37,673 nt of DNA from Flavobacterium sp. (GCA_032121715.1 JAUMDQ010000213.1:1-37673); one strand, 5' to 3'; shown: positions 16,687 through 25,780, counted from the first letter of the stretch. The notes: generated from the sequence alone by a model not told the origin. Translations and numbers: made by a program.

Positions 16687-17940
16687 ATGCTAGAAGTAGA
16701 AAAACATAATTTCGAAAAAACCGCCATTGTGGGCTTAATTACACAAAACCAAAGTGAAGAAAAATTAAACGAGTATTTAGACGAGTTAGAATTTTTAACC
16801 TTTACAGCTGGTGGTGAAGTGGTGAAACGATTTTCACAGAAAACAGATAAACCACATCCAAAAACGTTCGTTGGAACAGGAAAATTAGAAGAAATAAAAA
16901 CTTACATCAAAGAACACGATATCAATTCGGTGATTTTTGATGACGAATTAACGCCTTCTCAACAGAAAAACATAACAAGAGAATTAGATTGTAAGGTTTT
17001 AGACCGAACCAATTTAATCTTAGATATTTTTGCACAACGTGCTGAAACTTCATACGCCAGAACGCAAGTAGAATTGGCGCAATGTATTTATTTATTACCT
17101 CGATTAACGGGAATGTGGACGCACTTAGAACGTCAACGAGGTGGAATTGGAATGCGTGGACCTGGAGAAACGGAAATTGAAACAGACAGACGTATTGTAC
17201 GTGATCGAATTTCGTTATTGAAAGAAAAAATAAAGGTTATCGATAAACAAATGTCGACGCAACGAGGCAATCGTGGTGCGATGGTTCGTGTAGCTTTAGT
17301 CGGCTATACGAATGTTGGAAAATCGACTTTAATGAATGCCGTTGGAAAAAGTGAAGTATTTGTTGAAAATAAATTGTTTGCAACTTTAGATACTACAGTT
17401 AGAAAAACGGTAATTAAAAACTTGCCTTTCTTACTTTCTGATACGGTTGGTTTCATTAGAAAACTACCTACGCAATTAGTCGATTCGTTCAAAAGTACGT
17501 TAGACGAAGTTAGAGAAGCCGATTTGTTATTGCACGTAGTTGATATTTCTCATCCAGAATTTGAAGATCATATTGCAGCAGTAAACAAGATTTTATTAGA
17601 CATAAAAAGTGCCGATAAACCAACGATAATGGTTTTCAACAAGATTGATGCGTACAAGTATGTAAAGATTGATGAAAACGACGAAACGGTTGAAAAAACA
17701 ACTAAAAACTTCTCGCTTCAAGATTGGGAAAAAACGTGGATGAGTAATTTAGGAGAAAACCATACGCTTTTTATTTCGGCAACAGAAAAACAAAACTTTG
17801 AAGCGTTTAGAGAAAAACTTTACAACGCGGTAAGAGAAATTCACATCAGTCGTTTTCCTTATAATAAGTTTTTATATCCAGACTATAAAGATGTTATTGA
17901 AAATGATGACGATGATGACGAAAATGAAGACATCGAATAA
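16687..17940 (+). CDS. hflX: GTPase HflX
   Basis: LDIFAQRA, RGPGETEIETDRR, GYTNVGKST, LFATLDTT, DTVGFI, NKID. Confidence 0.98.
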   Translation: MLEVEKHNFEKTAIVGLITQNQSEEKLNEYLDELEFLTFTAGGEVVKRFSQKTDKPHPKTFVGTGKLEEIKTYIKEHDINSVIFDDELTPSQQKNITRELDCKVLDRTNLILDIFAQRAETSYARTQVELAQCIYLLPRLTGMWTHLERQRGGIGMRGPGETEIETDRRIVRDRISLLKEKIKVIDKQMSTQRGNRGAMVRVALVGYTNVGKSTLMNAVGKSEVFVENKLFATLDTTVRKTVIKNLPFLLSDTVGFIRKLPTQLVDSFKSTLDEVREADLLLHVVDISHPEFEDHIAAVNKILLDIKSADKPTIMVFNKIDAYKYVKIDENDETVEKTTKNFSLQDWEKTWMSNLGENHTLFISATEKQNFEAFREKLYNAVREIHISRFPYNKFLYPDYKDVIENDDDDDENEDIE

Positions 17941-17943
17941 AAT

Positions 17944-17981
17944 AAAAAACCAGTCAAATAGTATACTTGACTGGTTTTTTT
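17944..17981. terminator. Bidirectional terminator between hflX and the suf cluster
   Basis: AAAAAACCAGTCAA...TTGACTGGTTTTTTT between convergent genes. Confidence 0.88.
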
Positions 17982-17999
17982 ATGAATTCTATTTTCGAA

Positions 18000-18503
18000 T
18001 TATTTCTTCTTGAATAACGGAACGGCTGAACAGGCTTCGCCAAACATAATACTTTTAGATACTTTCATTAATTTTTGAATAGCTAAAGTATACACCTCGT
18101 TTGGTACTTCTTTTTTCGAACACCCTTTTAAAATTAAAGGTTTCTCAAAAAATTCTGTGTAATCTAATTTGTTTAAAATGTCTTGATACCAATCGATAAC
18201 CGCCATTTTCTTATCGCCTTGAATTACTTTTAAAGCAAAAGGCGCCAAATGAACAGCGACTAATGTATAAGCCCAAGCTGGTAAAATAGCATCTTCTGAA
18301 CAAAATAACGCCACGTATTTATCTTCATACAAAGACCAATCTGTGTTTTTCAATTGTTCTCTAAATTCTGTTTCTTTTAAAATAAAACCACCAAACAACC
18401 ATTGCGAAATGTCTAATGCAATCACATGATCATCTGGATAATAATCTTCTAAATCGAAAACTATTAACTTACTGTTGGCTACTTTATTTACTATTTCGTC
18501 CAT
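18000..18503 (-). CDS. DUF2480 family protein
   Basis: EIVNKVA, FDLEDYY, ILKGCS and SIMFGEACSAVP motifs; position after the DUF59 gene. Confidence 0.85.
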   Translation of the reverse strand: MDEIVNKVANSKLIVFDLEDYYPDDHVIALDISQWLFGGFILKETEFREQLKNTDWSLYEDKYVALFCSEDAILPAWAYTLVAVHLAPFALKVIQGDKKMAVIDWYQDILNKLDYTEFFEKPLILKGCSKKEVPNEVYTLAIQKLMKVSKSIMFGEACSAVPLFKKK

Positions 18504-18517
18504 AAATTAGAACTTAA

Positions 18518-18841
18518 TTAAAGCATTCCTAATTCTAATTTGGCTTCTTCGCTCATTAAATCTTTGCTCCATGGTGGATCAAAAGTAATTTCTACTTCAC
18601 AAGATTTAATCGTATCAATTTTTTGAACCTTCTCTTCTACTTCTTTTGGTAAAGATTCGGCAACCGGACAATTTGGCGAAGTTAATGTCATTAAAATTTT
18701 AACTTCATTGTCTTCGTTAATCATGACATCATAAATTAAACCTAGTTCGTAAATATCTACGGGGATTTCTGGATCATAGATCCCTTTTAATGCTGTTACA
18801 ACGCTTTCGCCTAAATTTATTTCGTCTTTAAATTCTTCCAT
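18518..18841 (-). CDS. sufT: SufT/DUF59 Fe-S cluster assembly protein
   Basis: IYDPEIPVDIYELGLIY, MTLTSPNCP, FDPPW motifs; start set at MEEFKD. Confidence 0.9.
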   Translation of the reverse strand: MEEFKDEINLGESVVTALKGIYDPEIPVDIYELGLIYDVMINEDNEVKILMTLTSPNCPVAESLPKEVEEKVQKIDTIKSCEVEITFDPPWSKDLMSEEAKLELGML

Positions 18842-18900
18842 TTTTATTGTGTTTTGCCACAAAAGCGCGAAGGCACAAAGTGGTTTGTTGTTTTAATTTA

Positions 18901-19320
18901 TTAATTTCTTGCTTCGAATGCCAAAGCATACATTTTTATCTTTTTAATCATCGAAACTAAACCGTTAGCACGAGTAGCGGAAAGATGTTCTTTTAAGCCA
19001 ATTTCGTCCACAAAATCGGTATTTGCTTCTAAAATTGCAGCAGGCGTTTGATTTGAAAAAGCACGAATTAATATGGCAATAATTCCTTTGGTTAAAATAG
19101 CATCACTATCTGCTGAAAAAACTACTTTTCCGTCTTTTTCTTCGGCATGAACCCAAACTTTAGATTGACACCCTTTAATGATATTATCTTCTGTTTTGTA
19201 TTGCTCTTCAATTATGGGTAAACCTTTTCCTAATTCGATAATGTATTCATAACGTTCCATCCAATCGTCGAACATAGAAAATTCGTCAACTATCTCGTTT
19301 TGTATGTCTTTTATAATCAT
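18901..19320 (-). CDS. sufE: SufE sulfur-acceptor protein
   Basis: YEYIIELGK, IKGCQSKVW with the acceptor Cys, ADSDA, LSATRANGL. Confidence 0.95.
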   Translation of the reverse strand: MIIKDIQNEIVDEFSMFDDWMERYEYIIELGKGLPIIEEQYKTEDNIIKGCQSKVWVHAEEKDGKVVFSADSDAILTKGIIAILIRAFSNQTPAAILEANTDFVDEIGLKEHLSATRANGLVSMIKKIKMYALAFEARN

Positions 19321-19817
19321 TTTTTTGTTTCTGCTAATTTTGTAATTGTATTTACTAATTTTTCTACTTCTGCCGGAGGAAAACCGTGATCAAAACCATT
19401 CGCTGGATATTTCACACCTTTCGATTCGAAAGTAATATTCGCATGAGCAGCTCCGTCATAATATCTTTTTTCTGTTGGCCATTTCATGTCTTTTACTTTC
19501 TCTAACTCAACTGCATTAGCTAAAGCTGAAATTTCTTTCCAGTCTGCATCAGAAATAGCAATTTTCTCATCGTATTCCTTAAAATCTCTATTTTTAGAAA
19601 TATAAAGTGTCTGATTTTCTACTTTTAGAGCTATAAAAAAACCTCTTGATGTTGCATCGTAATAGATTGTTGGCACAGTACTTTGAGTTTTATTATTGAT
19701 AATCGCATCTTTTACAGCTGGACTATTCGCTACAACATTAGAATCCGTTGCTTTTTTTTGACAGTTGCAACTCGTAATTGTAATTGCGATGGTTGCTAAT
19801 ATTGTAATTGCTTTCAT
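19317..19817 (-). CDS. Hypothetical lipoprotein
   Basis: Lipoprotein signal ending ITS-C; motifs TSRG, YYDGAAHA, FDHGFPP; ATGA overlap with sufE. Confidence 0.8.
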   Translation of the reverse strand: MKAITILATIAITITSCNCQKKATDSNVVANSPAVKDAIINNKTQSTVPTIYYDATSRGFFIALKVENQTLYISKNRDFKEYDEKIAISDADWKEISALANAVELEKVKDMKWPTEKRYYDGAAHANITFESKGVKYPANGFDHGFPPAEVEKLVNTITKLAETKK

Positions 19818-19828
19818 AGTAGTAAGGT

Positions 19829-21049
19829 TTAAGATAACATCATTTTAGCTTTTTTAACGGCTTCTACAAATATATCAATTTCTTCTTTAGTATTATAAAA
19901 GGCAAAACTGGCTCTTATCGTACCTGGAATTTTGAAAAAGTCCATTATAGGTTGCGCACAATGATGTCCGGTACGCACCGCTATACCTAATTTATCTATA
20001 ATCGTGCCAATGTCATACGGATGAATGTTTTCGATATTGAAAGAAATCACAGAAGCTTTTTTATTCAAATCCGTTGGACCATAAATCGTTACACCTTCTA
20101 TTTCTTGTAATCTTTGTGTTCCATACACCAATAATTCATGTTCATGTTTGGCGATATTATCAAAACCAACATCATTCATGTAGTCAATTGCAGCTCCAAA
20201 AGCAATTCCACCGCAAATGTTTGGTGTTCCAGCTTCGAATTTATGAGGCAAATCGGCATACGTGGTTTTTTCGAAAGTCACGGTGGCAATCATTTCTCCA
20301 CCGCCTTTGTAGGGTGGTAATTTTCGTAACCATTCTTCTTTTCCATATAACATTCCGACTCCGGTTGGACCACACATTTTGTGTGCAGAAGTCACATAAA
20401 AATCAACATCCAAAGCTTGAACATCAGGTTTAATATGCGGACAAGATTGTGCGCCATCAATTAAGACAGCTGCACCAACGGCATGTGCTTTTTGAATAAT
20501 TTCTTCAATCGGATTTAAAACACCTAACGCATTTGAAATGTGATTACAACATACTAATTTGGTTTTGCTTGAAAGTAATTTATCGTATTCTGACATGATT
20601 AATTCGCCATGAATATTCATTGGAATAACTTTTAAAACAGCACCTGTGTGTTCGCATAACATTTGCCACGGCACAATATTACTGTGATGTTCTAATGCTG
20701 AAACGATAATTTCATCGTCTTTTTGTAGTAACGAAGCAAAACCATTGGCTACTAAATTGATACTTTCAGTAGTTCCTGAAGTAAAAATGATTTCATAAGC
20801 CTGTTTCGCATTAAAATGATTTTGAATTTTGAATCGTGCTTGTTCATACGCATCCGTGGCTAATTGGCTCAAGGTGTGAACTCCACGATGAATATTAGCG
20901 TTGTATTTAGAATAATAATCAACAATACTATCAATTACTACTTGAGGTTTTTGCGAAGTCGCGCCGTTATCAAAATACACTAATGGTTTTCCGTTTACGG
21001 TTTGGGACAATATTGGAAATTGTGCTCTTATTTTCTGAACATCGAACAT
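19829..21049 (-). CDS. sufS: SufS cysteine desulfurase
   Basis: YFDNGATSQKP, EHHSNIVPWQ, SAHKMCGPTG (PLP Lys), FEAGTP, RTGHHCAQP. Confidence 0.96.
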   Translation of the reverse strand: MFDVQKIRAQFPILSQTVNGKPLVYFDNGATSQKPQVVIDSIVDYYSKYNANIHRGVHTLSQLATDAYEQARFKIQNHFNAKQAYEIIFTSGTTESINLVANGFASLLQKDDEIIVSALEHHSNIVPWQMLCEHTGAVLKVIPMNIHGELIMSEYDKLLSSKTKLVCCNHISNALGVLNPIEEIIQKAHAVGAAVLIDGAQSCPHIKPDVQALDVDFYVTSAHKMCGPTGVGMLYGKEEWLRKLPPYKGGGEMIATVTFEKTTYADLPHKFEAGTPNICGGIAFGAAIDYMNDVGFDNIAKHEHELLVYGTQRLQEIEGVTIYGPTDLNKKASVISFNIENIHPYDIGTIIDKLGIAVRTGHHCAQPIMDFFKIPGTIRASFAFYNTKEEIDIFVEAVKKAKMMLS

Positions 21050-21066
21050 ATCATAACTATTTGTGG

Positions 21067-21074
21067 CAAATTTA
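21067..21074 (-). promoter_or_regulatory. -7 element (TAAATTTG) for the sufS cluster
   Basis: TAnnTTTG 17 nt upstream of the sufS ATG. Confidence 0.6.
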
Positions 21075-21131
21075 CGATATGATTATTTAAAATTGTTATA
21101 AACAAGAATTAAAATAACAGAAAATTATGTT

Positions 21132-21746
21132 TTATGCTTCTTTAAAACATCTTTTGTTAAACACGATTAAAATTCCAAATCCTGTTGAAATGGCCACATC
21201 GGCTACGTTAAAAATGGCGTTGAAAAAAGTAAAGGGTTTTCCACCAATAAACGGCACCCATTCTGGCATAAGCGCATCTTTAATTATGGGAAAATAAAAC
21301 ATATCTACTACTTCACCGTGAAACCAAGTCCCGTAAGGCTCGTTAGAAAAAATAGTTGCTACTTGACTGTTGCTATCATTAAAAAGTACACCATAAAAAA
21401 CCGAATCAATAATATTTCCAATAGCTCCTGCTAAAATTAAAGTAATGGCGATAACTAAATAATTCGATAAGCCTTTTCTAATAGAATCATACAACCACCA
21501 AGAAATTCCACCAACAGCAAAAATTCTAAAGATCGTTAAAAACAATTTTCCGTAATCACCAGGAATTTGAGCACCCCAAGCCATACCTTCATTTTCTACA
21601 AATAAAATTTTAAACCATGCATGTCCTTCTTTTCCAAAAACATCAATATGTTCATTTAAAATGAAATTTGTTTTGACATAGACTTTAGAAATTTGATCAA
21701 TTAGAAGTATAATAAATACAAAGATGTAGGCTTTTTTAATGTTCAT
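21132..21746 (-). CDS. lspA: Lipoprotein signal peptidase II
   Basis: IDQISK, ENEGMAWG, GAIGNIID, VVDM, FNVAD motifs. Confidence 0.96.
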   Translation of the reverse strand: MNIKKAYIFVFIILLIDQISKVYVKTNFILNEHIDVFGKEGHAWFKILFVENEGMAWGAQIPGDYGKLFLTIFRIFAVGGISWWLYDSIRKGLSNYLVIAITLILAGAIGNIIDSVFYGVLFNDSNSQVATIFSNEPYGTWFHGEVVDMFYFPIIKDALMPEWVPFIGGKPFTFFNAIFNVADVAISTGFGILIVFNKRCFKEA

Positions 21747-21783
21747 TTTTTAATTTTTTACAAAAATAGCAATTTAAAGTAAT

Positions 21784-21809
21784 AAAAAACGCTCCATAAG
21801 GAGCGTTTA
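21784..21809 (-). terminator. Terminator after ileS-dksA
   Basis: Minus strand AAACGCTCC-ttat-GGAGCGTTTTTT; a TATTTTTG motif for lspA follows at 21768-21761. Confidence 0.8.
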
Positions 21810-21827
21810 TATATTTATTAACGTTTT

Positions 21828-22208
21828 TTAACGCTGTAAGTTTTTGGCTTCAATGCTCATAGTGGCGTGAGGAACAATTTTTAATCTTTCTTTGTTGATT
21901 AATTTTCCTGTTACTTTACATAAGCCATACGTTTTGTTTTCAATACGTATCAACGCGTTTTTTAAATCACGAATGAATTTTTCCTGACGAATAGCTAATT
22001 GCGAATTCGCTTCTTTACTCATTGTTTCACTTCCTTCTTCGAAAGCTTTAAATGTAGGCGAAGTATCATCAGTTCCATTATTGGAATCATTTAAATAAGC
22101 ACTCTTTATTAGATCTAAATCGTTTTTAGCTTTGTCTAATTTCGAATTAATTAATTCTTTGAATTCTGCTAATTCTGCATCTGAGAATCTTATTTTTTCA
22201 TCTACCAT
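21828..22208 (-). CDS. dksA: TraR/DksA family transcription factor
   Basis: Coiled coil followed by ALIRIENKTYGLCKVTGKLINKERLKIVPHA; ileS-dksA-lspA context. Confidence 0.88.
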   Translation of the reverse strand: MVDEKIRFSDAELAEFKELINSKLDKAKNDLDLIKSAYLNDSNNGTDDTSPTFKAFEEGSETMSKEANSQLAIRQEKFIRDLKNALIRIENKTYGLCKVTGKLINKERLKIVPHATMSIEAKNLQR

Positions 22209-22214
22209 AATTTC

Positions 22215-25200
22215 TTATTTTGAAATTAATATTATTGTTTTTAGCTCATCGAACTCAATTTCCGTACCATTATTGATTTCTGATACAAAAATTAGTTCAT
22301 TTGTAAGTGTTTCTGATTTTATGTACGATTCATTTGCGGCAACCGCTTGTTCAATAATTTCATTATTTTGAATTTGAACTTTAATTTTATCTGTAACTTC
22401 AAAACCAGAATCCTTACGGATATTTTGAATTCTGTTGACTAACTCTCTCGCTATCCCTTCTTTACGTAATTCATCAGAAATTGTAATATCTAATGCAACT
22501 GTAATTCCATTCGAATTGGCTACTAACCAACCTGGGATATCTTGAGACGAAATCTCTACATCTTCGATTGTTAAAGTAATACTTTTTTCTGAACTAACAA
22601 TTGTTATTTCGCCTGTTTTATCTAATTCATTTATCTGTTCTTGCGAAAAAGCCTGTATCTCTTTGGCTATCAAGCCCATATCTTTACCGAAACGGGGTCC
22701 CAAAGCCTTAAAATTTGGCTTAATTTGCTTCACTAAAACTCCTGAAGCATCTTCTAATAATTCTATTTCTTTTACGTTAACTTCCGCTTTAATTAAGTCT
22801 TCAATAGCTAAAATTTCTGCTTTGAAAGCTTCGTCAAGCACTGGAATCATTACTCTTTGTAATGGTTGTCGTACTTTAATCATCTCTTTCTTACGCAATG
22901 ATAAAACCAATGACGAAATCGTTTGCGCCTTCTGCATTCTACTTTCTAGTGATTTATCAACAAAGTTTTCAACCGAAATAGGGAAGTTTGCCAAGTGAAT
23001 ACTTTCAAAACTTTCCTTGTTAGTAGTGGCATTCAAGTCTTTATATAGTCTATCCATAAAGAATGGTGCAACCGGTGCTGATAATTTAGCAACTGTTTCT
23101 AAACACGTATAAAGCGTCTGATAAGCCGCAATTTTGTCTTGCGCGTACTCACCTTTCCAGAATCTACGGCGACATAAACGCACGTACCAGTTACTTAAAT
23201 TCTCTTGTACGAAGTCGGAAATGGCTCTTGTAGCACGAGTTGGTTCATAGTCGGCATAAGCTTCATCAACAACTTGAATAAGTGTGTGTAATTCCGATAA
23301 AATCCAACGGTCAATTTCTGGTCTTTCTTCTAATGGAACTTCCGCTTCACTATAAGTAAATCCGTCAATATTCGCATATAAACCAAAGAAAGAGTATGTG
23401 TTATACAAAGTTCCGAAGAATTTTCTACGAACCTCAGCAATTCCTTCTAAATCGAATTTTAAATTGTCCCACGGATTGGCATTTGAAATCATGTACCAAC
23501 GTGTGGCATCTGGACCATATTCAGACAAAGTCTCAAACGGATCGGCAGCATTACCTAATCGTTTCGACATCTTTTGTCCATTTTTATCTAATACTAAACC
23601 ATTAGAAACTACATTTTTATAGGCAACTTTATCGAAAACTAAAGTCGAAATAGCGTGTAACGTATAAAACCAACCACGAGTTTGGTCTACTCCTTCTGCA
23701 ATGAAATCAGCAGGAAAATCTTTATTTTCGTCAATTTTATCTTTATTTTCGAAAGGATAATGCCATTGTGCATAAGGCATAGAACCTGAATCGAACCAAA
23801 CATCAATTAAATCGCTTTCACGGTTCATTGGTTTGCCTGATGCTGAAACTAATACAATTTCATCAACGACATTTTTATGTAAATCAACTAAATCGTAATT
23901 TGTTTCTGCCATGTTTCCGATTTCGAATCCTTTGAATGGATTTTCAGTCATGAAACCAGCTGCAATTGACTTTTCAATTTCGTTATATAATTCTTCTACA
24001 GAACCTACACAGATAGTTTCAGTTCCTTCTTCATTTCTCCATAAAGGCAAAGGAATTCCCCAATATCTTGAACGAGATAAATTCCAATCGTTAGCGTTTT
24101 TCAACCAATTTCCGAAACGACCTTCACCCGTTGCTTTTGGCTTCCAGTTGATAGTTTCGTTTAAATCGAACATTCTATCTTTCACCTCAGTTACTTTAAT
24201 GAACCAAGAATCTAAAGGATAATATAAAATAGGTTTGTCTGTTCTCCAACAATGCGGATAACTGTGCACATATTTCTCCACCTTAAAGGCTTTATTTTCT
24301 TCTTTTAATTGGATAGCGATTTCTACATCTGCAGAACGTTCTGGTGCTTCACCATCGTTATAATATTCGTTCTTCACGTATTTTCCAGAATATTCACCTA
24401 AATTTTGGATGAATTTTCCTTGTAAATCTACTAAAGGAACGGCGTTTCCATTTTCGTCTAAAACCAACATTGGCGGTACTTCTGGTGTAGCTTCTTTGGC
24501 TACTTTCGCATCATCAGCTCCGAAAGTTGGTGCGGTATGAACAATTCCAGTTCCATCTTCCGTTGTAACGAAATCTCCAGAAATTACTCTAAACGCATTT
24601 TCTGGATTTTGGTATGGTAAGGCTAATGGCATTAATTGTTCGTAACGAATTCCGACTAAATCTGCACCTTTACATTCGGCTACGATTTGGTATGGAATAT
24701 TTTTATCACCTTCTTTGAAATTTTCGAAATCGGCAGCTTCAGTTGAAGCAAAAAATCCTTTTCCAAATTGTTTTCCAACTAAATTCTTCGCTAAAATTAC
24801 TTTTACTGGTCGGAAAGTATATTGATTAAACGTTTCAACTAAAACATAATCTATTTTTGGACCAACCGTTAAAGCAGTATTACTTGGCAATGTCCAAGGT
24901 GTAGTCGTCCAAGCAAGAAAATAAAAATCATTATCATATCCAATACTATTCTTATCTAGATGAAATGCTCTTTCAACTTCGTTAGCACCAGCTTCATCTC
25001 TTGAAAGACTTTTGAATTGCGCTACAACTGTCGTATCTGTCACATCACGATATGAACCTGGTTGATTTACTTCGTGAGAAGACAAACCTGTTCCGGCTTT
25101 TGGCGAGTATGGTTGAATAGTATAGCCTTTGTACAACAAATCTTTATTATAAATTTGTTTTAACAACCACCAAACCGATTCCATGTATTTAGATTTATAA

Positions 25201-25655
25201 GTCACATATGGATCTTCCATATCTACCCAATACCCCATTTTTTCGGTCAAGTCATTCCACACGTCAGTATAACGCATAACGGTTTTTTTACACGCTTCGT
25301 TATATTCTGTGATGGAAATGGTTTTTCCGATATCTTCTTTGGTGATGCCTAATTCTTTTTCGGTACCTAATTCTACAGGTAAACCGTGCGTATCCCAACC
25401 TGCTTTACGTTTAACTTGGAATCCTTTTTGAGTTTTATAACGACAAAAAATATCTTTAATCGCACGCGCCATCACGTGGTGAATTCCAGGTAATCCGTTT
25501 GCCGAAGGTGGTCCTTCAAAAAACACATAGGGTTGGTTTCCTTCACGAGTGGTTACACTTTTTTCAAAGATGTTGTTTTTTTTCCAAAAATCAAGAACTT
25601 CTGATGCTACTGTTGGCAAGTCAAGTCCTTTGTATTCAGTAAATTTTGTGCTCAT
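22215..25655 (-). CDS. ileS: Isoleucine--tRNA ligase, type 2
   Basis: EGPPSANG, GWDTHGLPVE, WTTTPWTLP, GTGIVH, SRSRYWGIP, DQTRGWF, KMSKR; long C-terminus without a zinc finger. Start set at MSTKF, downstream of TACTTTCG at 25688-25681. Confidence 0.98.
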   Translation of the reverse strand: MSTKFTEYKGLDLPTVASEVLDFWKKNNIFEKSVTTREGNQPYVFFEGPPSANGLPGIHHVMARAIKDIFCRYKTQKGFQVKRKAGWDTHGLPVELGTEKELGITKEDIGKTISITEYNEACKKTVMRYTDVWNDLTEKMGYWVDMEDPYVTYKSKYMESVWWLLKQIYNKDLLYKGYTIQPYSPKAGTGLSSHEVNQPGSYRDVTDTTVVAQFKSLSRDEAGANEVERAFHLDKNSIGYDNDFYFLAWTTTPWTLPSNTALTVGPKIDYVLVETFNQYTFRPVKVILAKNLVGKQFGKGFFASTEAADFENFKEGDKNIPYQIVAECKGADLVGIRYEQLMPLALPYQNPENAFRVISGDFVTTEDGTGIVHTAPTFGADDAKVAKEATPEVPPMLVLDENGNAVPLVDLQGKFIQNLGEYSGKYVKNEYYNDGEAPERSADVEIAIQLKEENKAFKVEKYVHSYPHCWRTDKPILYYPLDSWFIKVTEVKDRMFDLNETINWKPKATGEGRFGNWLKNANDWNLSRSRYWGIPLPLWRNEEGTETICVGSVEELYNEIEKSIAAGFMTENPFKGFEIGNMAETNYDLVDLHKNVVDEIVLVSASGKPMNRESDLIDVWFDSGSMPYAQWHYPFENKDKIDENKDFPADFIAEGVDQTRGWFYTLHAISTLVFDKVAYKNVVSNGLVLDKNGQKMSKRLGNAADPFETLSEYGPDATRWYMISNANPWDNLKFDLEGIAEVRRKFFGTLYNTYSFFGLYANIDGFTYSEAEVPLEERPEIDRWILSELHTLIQVVDEAYADYEPTRATRAISDFVQENLSNWYVRLCRRRFWKGEYAQDKIAAYQTLYTCLETVAKLSAPVAPFFMDRLYKDLNATTNKESFESIHLANFPISVENFVDKSLESRMQKAQTISSLVLSLRKKEMIKVRQPLQRVMIPVLDEAFKAEILAIEDLIKAEVNVKEIELLEDASGVLVKQIKPNFKALGPRFGKDMGLIAKEIQAFSQEQINELDKTGEITIVSSEKSITLTIEDVEISSQDIPGWLVANSNGITVALDITISDELRKEGIARELVNRIQNIRKDSGFEVTDKIKVQIQNNEIIEQAVAANESYIKSETLTNELIFVSEINNGTEIEFDELKTIILISK

Positions 25656-25696
25656 TTTGTCGCTTTCTAAAATCAATCTGCGAAAGTAATGATAAT

Positions 25697-25728
25697 AAGT
25701 AAAAAGGCAAAAGTAAAAAGGCAAAAGT
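25697..25728. repeat. 14-bp tandem repeat (AAGTAAAAAGGCAA)x2 plus AAGT
   Basis: Read directly, just upstream of the ileS -7 element. Confidence 0.75.
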
Positions 25729-25743
25729 TACTTATATCGCAAT

Positions 25744-25780
25744 AAAAAAACCATCACTTTATGTTGTAAGTAATGGTTTT
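25744..25780 (-). terminator. Terminator after the 203-aa gene
   Basis: Minus strand AAAAACCATTACTT...AAGTGATGGTTTTTTT. Confidence 0.65.
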
